Assembly: GCA_904063045.1 (NCBI GenBank)
Contig: CAJFCJ010000020.1
Coordinates: 1,480,916 to 1,544,915 of the forward strand
DNA length: 64,000 nt
Source: Dimorphilus gyrociliatus
Lineage: Eukaryota > Animalia > Annelida
Reading direction: 5' to 3'
The position numbers and the translations under genes were made by a program. Positions within the stretch are counted from its first letter, which is position 1; the number at the start of each line of letters is the position of its first letter. This document shows, piece by piece, positions 11,701 through 23,027 of this stretch. The notes under the pieces were generated by a model that was not told the DNA's origin, did not search any database, and worked only from the letters and a program-made list of their open reading frames with translations.

Positions 11701-14581
11701 GCCGTATATGGCTAATTTCGTTATATTTGCTAAACCCATGGAAGATAATGTGGGTCGAGTTAGAGTTTTCTGTGTGACTGATGATAAAATGGAAAAAACG
11801 CTTGAAACCCAAGAAAATTTCAAAGAAGTAGCTAAGTCGAGAGATGTTGAAGTGGTAGAAGGTAGAACTTACCTTGAATTCCATGGAAATCTTAACCCCG
11901 TGATGAAGTCTGGTGATCAACTTGGATTGACTTTCAGTCCTTTCCGCGAGAATCGGCTTCCTTTTGCTGTTTGCTTAAAAGATAGAAATCAACCAGCTTC
12001 CTCATGCCTCACCTTTATGAGCAAATCACGAGCTGCAGCAAGAAGGGAAGCCCTCAAACCAGTATGCACATTAACTTTCGAATTGCCTGGAGGTGTTTCC
12101 AAGCAAGTGCCCGAAATTTCGATTGATGCTGCCCAAGATGGATTAGATGAAATAGAACCATCTGAGTTAAAACTAACTAGCATAGCCGATCTCTTATCAG
12201 AAGATTGGGAATCCTTAGCCCGAGAGCTATCTGCTGATGATAAAGTTGAAACTATTAAGGCCGATTATCAATTTCCCAGTGAAAGAGCACTTGTTTTCCT
12301 TCATTTATGGTTTAACGGTTCGGAATCTGATCCGAAGAGTAAGAATTAAAGTTTGCTGTTTTCAATCTGTTCAAACAGTTTATTGATTTTCAGTTGAAGA
12401 TTTACGACAAGCCTTAATTAACATTGAAAGAAAGGATATTGTAGACAGCCATTTTCCTACAACAACCGTTCAACGCAGTAAGATCACTTTTTATATTTTT
12501 ATTTTTTAATCAAAACAGTTTGAGTGCATGCCAAGGGTTAAGGAGCAGGTGTAGACTTTTTCATCATTTCTTTCCTTGAACTTAATTAGGGGTGGAATCA
12601 CTAAACTCTGTTCAAGAAGAGGAAATATCACATGCTGGCGATTCAGCAGTGACAGAAGCTGCAGTCTTCGATCCAGAAATTGAGAAAAAGAAAGAAGAAG
12701 CCAGAGACATACTTGCTAGTTTTATGACTGATGTAGAGCTTGACTTGGGGAATGAGGCATTTTCAGGTAGAAGCTATGGTTTGACCCATGATTCCCATAT
12801 CACCCATGTTGTTTTATTTTTATTTAGTCTACCATTGATTAATTTTTTGAATTCCTTCACCTTTGCATGTACCACCTACAAATTATTTTTTGTAAACTGT
12901 AAATTTTTTACCTTTCTTTCCCAATCAATCTCCCTTCTACTTCTTTATCTCTCTCTGTTCTATCTATTTATCTCTCTCTTTCTCTCTCTTTCTCTTTCAC
13001 TCACTCTTTCAGCACTCCAGCTCCGGGATGCTAGAAAAAATTTTCTGTAACAATTTATTTTTTTAAAAAAAAACAATATATATACAGGCGCCATCACTGG
13101 AGAACAAACAGCGTCATCTGTTGTAGAATTCTGTCAAGAGAAAAAAGTTCCAACCTCTGAAAGCATGGATGATAGGGTTTCAATGTCTAGTAATGATGAA
13201 GAAATATTTAAACCTACTTCAGGTAGTTTCACTCACTCCGCTTCGAAATCTCACTCTATGAATATAAACTGACTGTTCACTTTTCAATTTGCTTCACTAT
13301 CGCTAACTTTAGTTTAATCTATAAAAACGATTTAGATGACCAATGGGAAGTATCAGAGGAATGGGACGGATTTAAGTGGATCGTTATTGATAAGGTTTTA
13401 CGAGAATCAGGTAGAAAGATTTAATAAAGGAAATTGAGATGGGAGGGGTACGGCGATAAGATATGACTTTCTATTTATAGTTTTTTTTATTCGTTAAGGC
13501 TTGTTAGCATGCTCTTTTCATGTTTTTCCTTAATTGTATTTATCAAGAAATACTATAAATAGGTTTAATCTTCTATTTTTACATCTTTTAGGAGAGGAAA
13601 TTGTTTCTGAAGCAAAACAGAAGGCTGACCATGCTTCTCCTTTCGATGTTAGAGATGATTCCCAAAATATTACAGGTGGGAGACTTTTAATTATTGCCTT
13701 CGATTTTTTTCCTCCTGGATTTATTTTTATTCTTCCTGACTTGTTTCTTTTTTGTGCGTTCCCTATCGTGCCTCTTTTTCGCACGTGCGCAAGCGATTAA
13801 CTATTTTAAACAGCCTTGTAATGGATTACCCGCTCAGATAGCATTAGAGTCTACACTGAAACCATTGAGGGCGAACCACGAGTGGAAGAGCATATAGAAG
13901 AATTTGATGAAACCCTACCGGATGGTCGAGTTATTAAACGACGAGTAGTAACTCAAAAACAAGAAAAATTAGTTACCACTCACATCCTACTAGATGGCCC
14001 CGAGTCCGATTTGCCTGAAATTGTAGAATCCTATGAAGATGAGTGGTCGAGTGATCAAAATCCTGAAGTAACTGTAAATGTTGAACATCTCCCAGATGGT
14101 GTAACAGTTGAAAGAAGAGTTGAAAAAACTGTTTCTAGAAGCGCTAGGAGGACTGTCCTTGACCATTTACCGAAAGGTGTTCAACTCGTCTATCATCTAA
14201 GCTCTAACCAATTTCTCTTTCCTTTCTCTTATTTTCTTTTTGAGCCGAATTTTTATATATTTGCTTTCATTACACGTATACTATTGTTCTAAATCTATCT
14301 GGAATGTTGCCTATAATAGACCTGCATTTATGATGTTATATATAGTTACTAATTATTTGTGGGATTTTGAAACAGATGAAGGTGTCGAATACGATAACGA
14401 AGAGGAAATGGATCATGCTACAGTCGTTTTGAGGCGAGATGTAACAAAGCAAGTTAGGGATGGTGAAACGATAGTACAAGAAGACGTGAATGTAATACAA
14501 GAAAGCGAATTACCCGATGAATGTTCCCAACAAATTGAAAACGTTATAACCGAATTCACTAAGAAGAGAGATACTAATTAG
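5722..14581 (+). CDS. ANK: Ankyrin (spectrin-binding adaptor): 24 ANK repeats, ZU5-ZU5-UPA, death domain, acidic C-terminal region
   Basis: I counted 24 repeats from [19 protein letters not shown] (6644) to [17 protein letters not shown] (about 9730). ZU5 reads [31 protein letters not shown]5-B/UPA reads [37 protein letters not shown]. The death domain reads [10 protein letters not shown]...[14 protein letters not shown]. The first exon (5722-5796) and the C-terminal exons are less certain. Confidence 0.95.
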
Positions 14582-14743
14582 AACACGTGCATACATTTTT
14601 ATATTTTGACAAATTTTTTTTTCTTTTAGACTTGGCTTGAAAAGAAACGCTTTATCTATATTATTTTACTTTTAAAAGTTGACAATGTGCTGCAAAGTAA
14701 CAAAAAAACTGTACGTAGTTGAGAAAAAGAATACAAATTTAGT

Positions 14744-14756
14744 ACTAGATGGCGCT
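14744..14756 (+). promoter_or_regulatory. CTCF-like motif between the ankyrin 3' end and NDNF
   Basis: ACTAGATGGCGCT matches the CTCF core (CCACTAGATGGCGC type) and sits where the sequence becomes visibly GC/CpG-richer. Confidence 0.45.
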
Positions 14757-15142
14757 ATGAACGCATCGACAATCAGCAATTGTTATTCAAATGGGGGCAT
14801 TTGTCGGGATACGCAGCTAATGAAGTACATTAGAGCGGTAGCACTTATTGGGCGTTTAAGCGTCGGCAGTGGTTTGGACTTCGGCATTTAGTTTCTAAGT
14901 GTATTCATAGATAGTTTATTGTATCTATCTCAATTGCGCATGTTTGCTACAAACTTATAACCACTGACATTAGAGATGCGACTATTGTCGATATAACCGA
15001 GAGTCCCAAAGTAGTAAAGTATCTATTTAGGCCTAAACCCGGCAGCGAACACAGACGAAAATTTCCTGCGCGTACTGCAAACTGCAAACTGCGCCACAAG
15101 CTGCATTCATTCATCGTTGCCCTGGATCGCGAGCCACACACA

Positions 15143-15165
15143 CTCTCTATCTCTCTCTCTGTCTG

Positions 15166-15245
<80 letters not shown>

Positions 15246-15286
15246 GCTCTCTCTCTCTGTCTCTCTCTCTCTTCTTCTTTCTCTCT
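15143..15286. repeat. Long imperfect (CT)n/(GA)n microsatellite upstream of NDNF
   Basis: About 140 nt of CT repeats. It explains the spurious RERE and SLSL ORFs at 14947-15318 and 15117-15350. Confidence 0.95.
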
Positions 15287-15600
15287 TGTCTTGCTATTTG
15301 GCAGAAGATGGATGCCAACTGCTATTACTGTTGGCGGGGCGATAAGATAAATTCATAACTATTTTTAGACTGTCATAAATATAATAGAAGAAAGGTTTTC
15401 CGAGCGGAAATTATAGGAGCGAAGGTAAACGTGTTTGCCATGTGACTATAAAAACAGTAGACAGAATAAATATATAATTGCGAGGGCGTTTAAGAAATAA
15501 AAAACGACGTTGACGTCGCCGCCGGGCTGCCGCTGAATTGCGTGGGCGTCGACGGCGTCAAGCGGCGACGTTGCACAATCGAATACTTGTTTCAGCAGTC

Positions 15601-17132
15601 ATGATTACGCTGCTGGCCGTTTTCTTGCTGCAGTGTCTGCTGTTTAGTTTACAGCAGCCGAACTTATTGGAGGACGGAATAGGAAAGAGGATAGTAATTG
15701 AAGCAAACTATTCATCGCCAATGTAAGTTTTCTTTTTATATCTTTTTCCTTTCTAAGTTTTAAAATTTGAAGAAAATTTTTGGCAACTAATTTTTATCTA
15801 GGTATCACTTACTACTGAAAAAAGGCGACGACAAGAACCGTTACGCATTCATCATGTGGACCTGTGAACAGACTACTCGATGGATAATCGATTGGAGTGA
15901 TGTTAATAACGGTATGTTGTATGTCAATTATATATTATAGATACGAGAAATAATCGATATCGAATCAATTCGCCTACGCAGACGGAAGCGATTATCGCAG
16001 TATCAAGCTCTTGGAAAGTTCGGGAATGGAGGGCAACGATTATGCCATCTTTTACCATTCCCCCCTACCAACTACTTCCAACACAAGCTACTACTCTATA
16101 AGGTTTTTCGCCATTCGACGCTCTGTGGTTCAGTTGCTCGTAACTTCCTCAGAACTAGATGCCACAAATCTTCTCAGACCATTTCCTGCCAACGCTCATC
16201 TTAATGTAATGAACGTGGGAATGCGTTCAGCGACGGCCGTCTGGAAGGTATATAATGTCGATTGGGTAAACGTTACATATTGTCCGACAGTGACGGCAGG
16301 ACGTTCAAACTCATGCGAATTTGCCGTGTCTAACTGCGTCTCTAACGGGAATACCCACACATGGCGCAATCTGGTGGCAGGCGAGACCTATTCAGTCGAC
16401 CTGTTTATCAAGTATAAACCCAGCGGAATAGCTCGCCATCTGGCCGCTTGCCCTTTTCAAACTAAAATGAAAGATGTTGAAAGGCGCGTTCTACTGAGAA
16501 GCGGACAAAGCATAAAAGGGCAGATGAACGGAAGGAATTTACGTAACGCTTATTTAATTTCTGGGGATGTCCTTCAAATACAAGCCTGCAATCGAGTAGA
16601 ATTATACATTGAAATTTACAACGACCGATCGGAGCTTATCGCCAGACGATACGTGACCGGGTTAGACAGAATATTGGGCGCCCGTCTCGTCTACGTCTAC
16701 GGTCCTCCCGGCGCCATCTATCGGCTTGGTGTTGACTCCAAACTTCCAGCAACACCAAAATTAACTATAGCTCGAAGCGTCAAGTGTGAGATTGTTCGAA
16801 AGGACAATATACGTTTAGTCACAGTTATACTTAGTTGGTGGGGAAAGGGCCAAACTCGTTATTGCTTGTATGTTCGTCGCAAGCCTCGGAGGCCCATGCA
16901 CTATAGCCTAAAGACGTTTCAGATAGAAAATGTTTGTCGAGCTCCTAAGTCTGACCAATGGAAGAGAATGAAATGTTGGAGAGCGAAATCGAAAAAGAAG
17001 TTCTTGGCTCTAGTCAATAAGTTAACAGAAGGTGTATCATACGATTTCGTGGTAATGGCCACTCGAAAGAGACGCACATCTGTCTCAAATGTTATTACAG
17101 TTTTCACTAAAAGCTGCCAGAAGTCCACTTGA
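15601..17132 (+). CDS. NDNF: Neuron-derived neurotrophic factor-like secreted protein (NDNF/nord), two FN3-like domains
   Basis: Signal peptide MITLLAVFLLQCLLFS. Exons are 15601-15722, 15802-15911 (RYAFIMWTCEQTTRW) and 15982-17132. Motifs GMEGNDYAIFY, NLVAGETYSVDLFI, IQACNRVELY, QTRYCLY and KLTEGVSYDFVVM...VFTKSC line up with the human NDNF layout as I recall it. Confidence 0.85.
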
Positions 17133-17324
17133 CGCGTCCGACTGCAAATCTTTACAAAAGACGACAACTGATTTCCGTCTATGTGTATTAATACTAATAT
17201 TAGTGAGCGTTTAAGAATTCTCTAGTGTTCATTTTCTCTTTATTGTTTTTGTTTTGTACATATATTTATTTGATGTATAATATCTCTTATCTATATGAGT
17301 TATATATTATGTAAAACTTTTCTT

Positions 17325-17410
17325 AACTCTCTGTCTCTCTCTCTTTCTTTCTCTTTCTTTCTCTCTTTCGCTCTTTCTATCAAGTTATCAAACTATTTCT
17401 CTCGCTTAAT
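17325..17410. repeat. CT/CTTT-rich simple repeat downstream of NDNF
   Basis: Visible pyrimidine repeat tract. Confidence 0.85.
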
Positions 17411-17804
17411 TTTCTTCACTTGTTCTCTCACTCATACTTCTTTCTCTCATATCCAGTTAAATAATATGTAGTACCTTTTTCTGAATCTGTGAAAATATGT
17501 ATCTCTTTCTCTATAACATGATACTATTTATACATTGTATCATTTTGAAACCATTGAACAGCTATAGCCTTAAATTTATCTTTCAATAAAAAGTGCAAAA
17601 GTTTTTAGCCTCAAATTTAGAATTTCGCGCCAAATTTATTTTTACCAGTTTATATATTTTTACACTGCCTGTTGGGATTGAGGCATACCCGTTCCTCTAC
17701 TAGAAATTGTATAGATGTGTGACAAACTGTTTTCATAATTTATAGCCTTATCTCAATTCAAAAAACTAGTCAACTAGAGAAAACAGCTTGTTAGAAACGT
17801 AAAC

Positions 17805-20759
17805 ATGAGTAGGAATAAGTTTAACCTAAAATTACCTCCTACACAAGAATCTGGCGTTGTAGACAGTGATGCTGAAAAGTGAGTAGTGGTTGATTAAAAT
17901 ATTTTAGTTATTTACATGAGATGTACGGATTTATTTTGCAGTAAGTCTAACCCAAATCTAGCAGCTTTAAGGACGAAACTCGATGAGCTGAATTTGGATG
18001 ACAAGCAGAGAAATCGATTAGAACACTTTTTAAGTGACAAAGCAAAAATCGGTGAGGTCCTTAATGCTGAAGATTTTGAGAAAATGGGAGAGTTAGGAGC
18101 TGGAAACGGTGGAGTTGTGTGGAAAGTGAGACACAAGAACAGTAAGCTCGTTATGGCCAGAAAGGTAACATTTGTAAACGGGTAAAAAGTCAGTGTCCCT
18201 ATCTCCAAGTAATCGATTAATTTATTCCCCAGTTAATTCACCTAGAAATAAAACCGGCCATTAGGAACCAAATATTTCGTGAACTGAAAGTGCTGCACGA
18301 GTGTAATTCACCATACATCGTGGGATACTATGGCGCATTCTATAGCGATGGCGAAATTAACATTTGCATGGAGTACATGGTTCGCGGAAGAATTATTGAA
18401 ACTTAATATATAATGGTAACAAGAGACGTTCTTTTCTTTTTTATACAGGATGGCGGTTCTTTGGATTTAATATTGAAGAAAGCCGGAAGAATTCCCGAAC
18501 CCGTCTTAGCAAAAATTAATTTATCTGTACTTAGAGGGTTGATTTATTTGAGAGAAAAACATTCAATCATCCATAGAGGTACGTCATTAGACTTGCTACT
18601 CTCTACTTTGTACTTATATTTTCTTATCCGATGCCTCTTCTGTCAGATGTCAAGCCCTCGAATATTCTCGTTAACTGCGGTGGCGAAATCAAATTGTGTG
18701 ATTTTGGAGTTAGTGGGCAGTTAATCGATTCAATGGCCAATTCATTTGTCGGTACTAGGTCCTACATGTCTCCCGAACGGTTACAGGGCTCAAAATATTC
18801 AGTTCAATCTGATATATGGAGTTTTGGATTGTCTCTGGTCGAGTTGGCCATAGGAAAGTATCCCATACCGCCGCCCTCCGACGAGGAACTTCAACAAATT
18901 TTTGGACAAAAAGCAATCCAGGAACATTTAGAGGCGTCAAAAGAACCAAGAAAACTGGAAGGTAAGAGAGGTGCAGGATTTCCCATTAACAATTTTTTCT
19001 GCGAATTTTCTCCTATGTAAATAATGTGGCTATTCAGCATTGAATTATGAAAATCTCTAAAATGTAGCGGTATACGCAGGCTGTCCAGGTGACGTGGATG
19101 TCATTACGGGGGATGGTCCTCTTCCGATGGCGGTTTTCGAACTGCTAGAGTATATTGTCAATGAGGTTATTCTTGAATGTAGATCTTATATGTAATATAA
19201 TTTTAAAATGCATGCGACTGTACGAATGTTGCAATCGTGGCTTAATCCTCCTTTTTGCGCAGTCAAAAAGCGAATAATTCAAGATTATCTTAATGGAAAT
19301 AAGAGAAACAAACAAACTCCAATCATAGAGAGATGAAATATATTCCAGAACACATTATTATAATTTTCTTTAATTATTATTGTTTTAAGAAAAAGAGCAT
19401 CCATTAGAAAAAAATTGCCCGTTTTATTTGCTGCAGGTGGTGGTAAAAGTGCCTTTGTGGGTGATGGGGCAGATGGGACAAAGCCATTGGCCATTTTTGA
19501 GTTGTTAGATAGAATTGTGAACGAGGTAAAGAAAATGTATATTAATACTAAAACATCTTTTAAAAAAACTATTTACAATAATAGAGATGAAACGAAAACA
19601 ATAATACTATAAAAGTATTCTGTATATATTCATATCTACTGTATTAGGGACATATGTTTATATACAGTGTTTTGAAACATTTATAACATACACACACACA
19701 AACTTATCTATATATATATATACTAATATATAAATTTATATTAGTATATTACATACGCACATATTATACCATTCTCAATGAGCTCAACCTATTGATATTT
19801 TCAGAGTTTATCAACAGAGGCACTAGGCCACTACTTGTTCGCTTTTTTTTCTTTTTTTTTAATTTGTAACTTGTTGTAATGTCGCTTTAGATGTTTGAAT
19901 CTTCAACGAGAAGGAGACACATAATTAGCAATATATGTATATATACATATATGTATATACATATATATATCTACCGTATATATTTTTTATTCACTTACAA
20001 TAGATTATTGTAATATTTATATATATATATATATATATACATATTTATTTATATATAGATTTATATATATATATATATATATATAATTATAAATATTAAA
20101 AGAAAAAAAGCACGCAAATGAAAGCTTTTTGTATTATTATTTTACTTTAATTCAATATAACCATTTCCAAGATGCGCAAAATAGTAAAGAGTAAAATAAG
20201 GCATTTTGTAAATTATAAGAATCGAATAATTAAAAAAAAAAAAGAAAAAAAAGAGAGAAGGATCTGTTCTTTATACGCGACACTTGAGAATGGTTTAATC
20301 CTGTAAGATCAGCCATTGAAAGTAACATTTATTTATATCTACAGCCGGCTCCTCGTCTGTCTAGACAGTACTTTTCAACAGAGTTTATAACTTTCGTCGA
20401 AACCTGTCTGCAAAAGAATCCACAGGAAAGATCAGACTTTCAAACGCTACTGGTAAGGGTTTCTTAATGACATTTCTTTCTTATTTCAACTATGTAAATA
20501 TTGCATAAATGATCTAGATATATAATACTGATTATTTTTACGCCAACAAATATATATATATATATATATGTATGTATTTACATATAAAGTGTATATATGT
20601 GTTTGCGCAGTACCTACAAACGATGTTTGTTAAGCATATAGTTATTTCTATTTTCCTCTCATTTAGAACCATGCATGGTGTAAAAAGACTGAAACTGACT
20701 GGGCGGATATTAATTTCGCTAATTGGGTTGGAGGAATTATTGAGCTGAATGAATCCTAA
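17805..20759 (+). CDS. MAP2K1: Dual-specificity MAP kinase kinase MEK1/2 (Dsor1-like)
   Basis: Motifs [96 protein letters not shown], and AIFELLDxIVNE/PAPRL. Last exons are 20345-20452 and 20667-20759 (stop TAA). Confidence 0.97.
19068..19165 (+). other. MAP2K1: MEK mutually exclusive exon A ([33 protein letters not shown])
   Basis: AG acceptor at 19066-67 and GT donor at 19166. 98 nt, phase 1 in and phase 0 out, open frame ending in the MEK alphaG motif. Confidence 0.85.
19437..19525 (+). other. MAP2K1: MEK mutually exclusive exon B ([30 protein letters not shown])
   Basis: TTTATTTGCTGCAG acceptor and GTAAAG donor. 89 nt, same phases as exon A, homologous 3' half. Confidence 0.85.
19935..20085. 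repeat. Interrupted (TA)n microsatellite cluster in the MEK intron
   Basis: Several TA runs visible. Confidence 0.9.
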
Positions 20760-22104
20760 AAGATGAGACAGACTGTTGCATTCCAACACTGCACTGTTAA
20801 AAAATTATCACCCATTATACTATTGTATAACTTTTACATTATATAACTAATTTTAAAAAGTAAATTTTCTTTTTCCACACCGAAACAATTATTGGGAATG
20901 TTTCGTATGATATACACAAACTTTGTATGTAAGTTTAATATAAATAAAACATATATTTCTATTTACGTTCAATTTATATGTATATATTCTCTAAGACATG
21001 CTAATCATTGATATACTAAACAGTATATATCTTAAACTGTACTACATATAACAAAATGATATATATATATATATATGTATATGTATATATATATATTTAT
21101 ATTTATATTTTTTCCTTAAAAATTGCAAATACAAAATATTGAAAAAGAGAAATATTTCAAGTTTAATAATTTCATTCAAAAAGTTATTGTCCGCCGTTTC
21201 TCTATCGGTATTGAAGATAATTTTGCCAAGGACGATCATATCGTTAGCGAATTTCAATCGATTTGAGAAAAGTACTTCTCTTCAATCCTGTAATTTTTTT
21301 GTTTGTGAATTGATACGATACTATATTAAATTCTGTAACAATTTAGGTTCAATAAGATAGATCTTACAGTTTCTTTAGATGCGGTTAGCGTATAGTATTT
21401 AACAGGCAATAAGTGATTGGATCAAATTTACAAACCAAGAGAAAAATATTAGACCAGCTAGGAAAACGCAAATAACGACTCTTCCCATATAGTAGCTGTA
21501 ATTGTTTTCTTTATTTCTATTTATGAAAAATCTATATTTAACTGAAGGGGGAAAGGTTTTCTGAGAAAGTTAAAAAGAGAAACACGACTATAGAATGAAG
21601 AAAATATCGATTATAATGTTCAATCCTAATTTGATGGATGAACAGAACAAATCGTTTCCAATCTTAAGAAATCTATTACACATTTTTAATTTATCGATGC
21701 AAAACAATAATCTTGTATTTATCTATTTATTATCATAATCATAACTAGCAGCTGAATCCTCCTTTCCCATCCATCAAAGTTTTTTAATTGGTTCATCATT
21801 TAATCTGCTTGTGGTTTTATATTTCCGTTTCTATTTATGCTCTCCTTATATTCCCATTCACTTTCATACTTGACATTGTAAGCTCTCCTAAGGTGTTTAT
21901 TTTTTTTATAATCGTTTTCTGCCCCCCTCTCTCTTATGGTAACTACGAAATGCATAATTTTACCATGGCGAAACTATCTGCAGACGTGTACTAAAATCTG
22001 TTTATCAATTGTATTGGAAGTGAAATAGGACAAAAAAAATATTAATCACGACAGTGACCTCCTTCAAGAACGTTATGTTGCAGCTTAGAATGAAATATAT
22101 ATCA

Positions 22105-22630
22105 ATTCCTTATAAGTAACACATCAAGGTGGTTTAAATCATAAAGCATCATAATATGAAAGTACAATTTATTTATATCTATAGCCGGCTCCTTGTCTGT
22201 CTAGACAATGTTTATAGCCTTCGTCAAAACCCGGCTGCAAAAGAACCCAAAGGAAAGATTAGACTTTCAAAGTCTACTGGTAAAGGTTTCCTAATGACAT
22301 TTTTTTCTTATTTCAAGTATGTAAATTGGGCAGAAATGGTCCAGATATAGATATATGATTATTTTTACGCCAATATATATATATAGATGTATTTACATAC
22401 AGTGAATATACAGTATATCTAAGCTTTGCATTATTCATTCAAATGATATTTATAGTTGTTTCCATATTTTTCTTATATTGTATAGTATCTAAAAGGCTGT
22501 GGAAAAGAACAGAAGCTGTCATAGAGGATAATAATTTCGATAATTGGATGATGGAAGGAACGGTTAAGCAGAATAAATTATAATAGTATAGTCAGACTAC
22601 TCTGGTCCATTATAAATATTGTATATATTG
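22105..22630 (+). pseudogene. Decayed tandem duplicate of the last two MEK exons with their introns and part of the 3'UTR
   Basis: 22185-22279 aligns with exon 20345-20452 but carries a net 13-nt deletion that gives PAPCLSRQCL*. The following intron (GTAAAGGTTTCCTAATGACATTT vs GTAAGGGTTTCTTAATGACATTT) and a diverged last exon (RLWKRTEAVIEDNNFDNW vs [18 protein letters not shown]) are also copied. Confidence 0.85.
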
Positions 22631-23027
22631 TATTTAGCCTATTTAACAGGTTAGGTAATAATTGATCCTACATATATTTCATAGAGAAAACAATTAAGAG
22701 AGTCTCTGTGTATTATGATTGATACTATTCAGGATGACAGAACTAAACTGGACTTTCACCCTACATATATAAATATAACAATATACTGTATATTGCAATA
22801 ATATACTGTATATACTGTATATATAATGTTTATGTTATATTTATTCAAATATATCAAACATATGAAGAATAATTCATATTTTCAGATAATTAACTTTTGT
22901 TGCTTTCTTTAAAAACTTCTAAATACAAAGTATTTGACAGTGAAATGTTAAGATTAAAAATATGGTGTGTAACAGTTAAAGACTTAAAATTATAGATAAG
23001 AAAAATTTAGATCAAGAAGTTGGATGT

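Noticed and set aside
12519-12548. 30-nt AG/GT-flanked segment in an ankyrin intron (possible microexon)
   Set aside because: It is open only in phase 0 but the flanking exons are phase 1, so it reads I* at once. There is no support beyond splice-like ends.
14947-15350. ORFs encoding RERERE and SLSLSL peptides
   Set aside because: They are translations of the CT/GA microsatellite and have no other coding signal.
15912-15981. Apparent frameshift in NDNF if the acceptor at 15940 is used
   Set aside because: The acceptor at 15981 (CCTACGCAG) gives a 70-nt intron and restores the frame, so the gene is intact.
19805-19940. Acceptor-like sites and a faint resemblance (TCAACAGAG, EFINR) to the next MEK exon
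   Set aside because: The similarity is only about 9-10 nt, there is no good GT donor, and the frame runs into T and TA repeats.
21042-21360. Overlapping 71-73 aa ORFs downstream of MEK
   Set aside because: No recognisable motif or splice structure, and the ends run into TA repeats.
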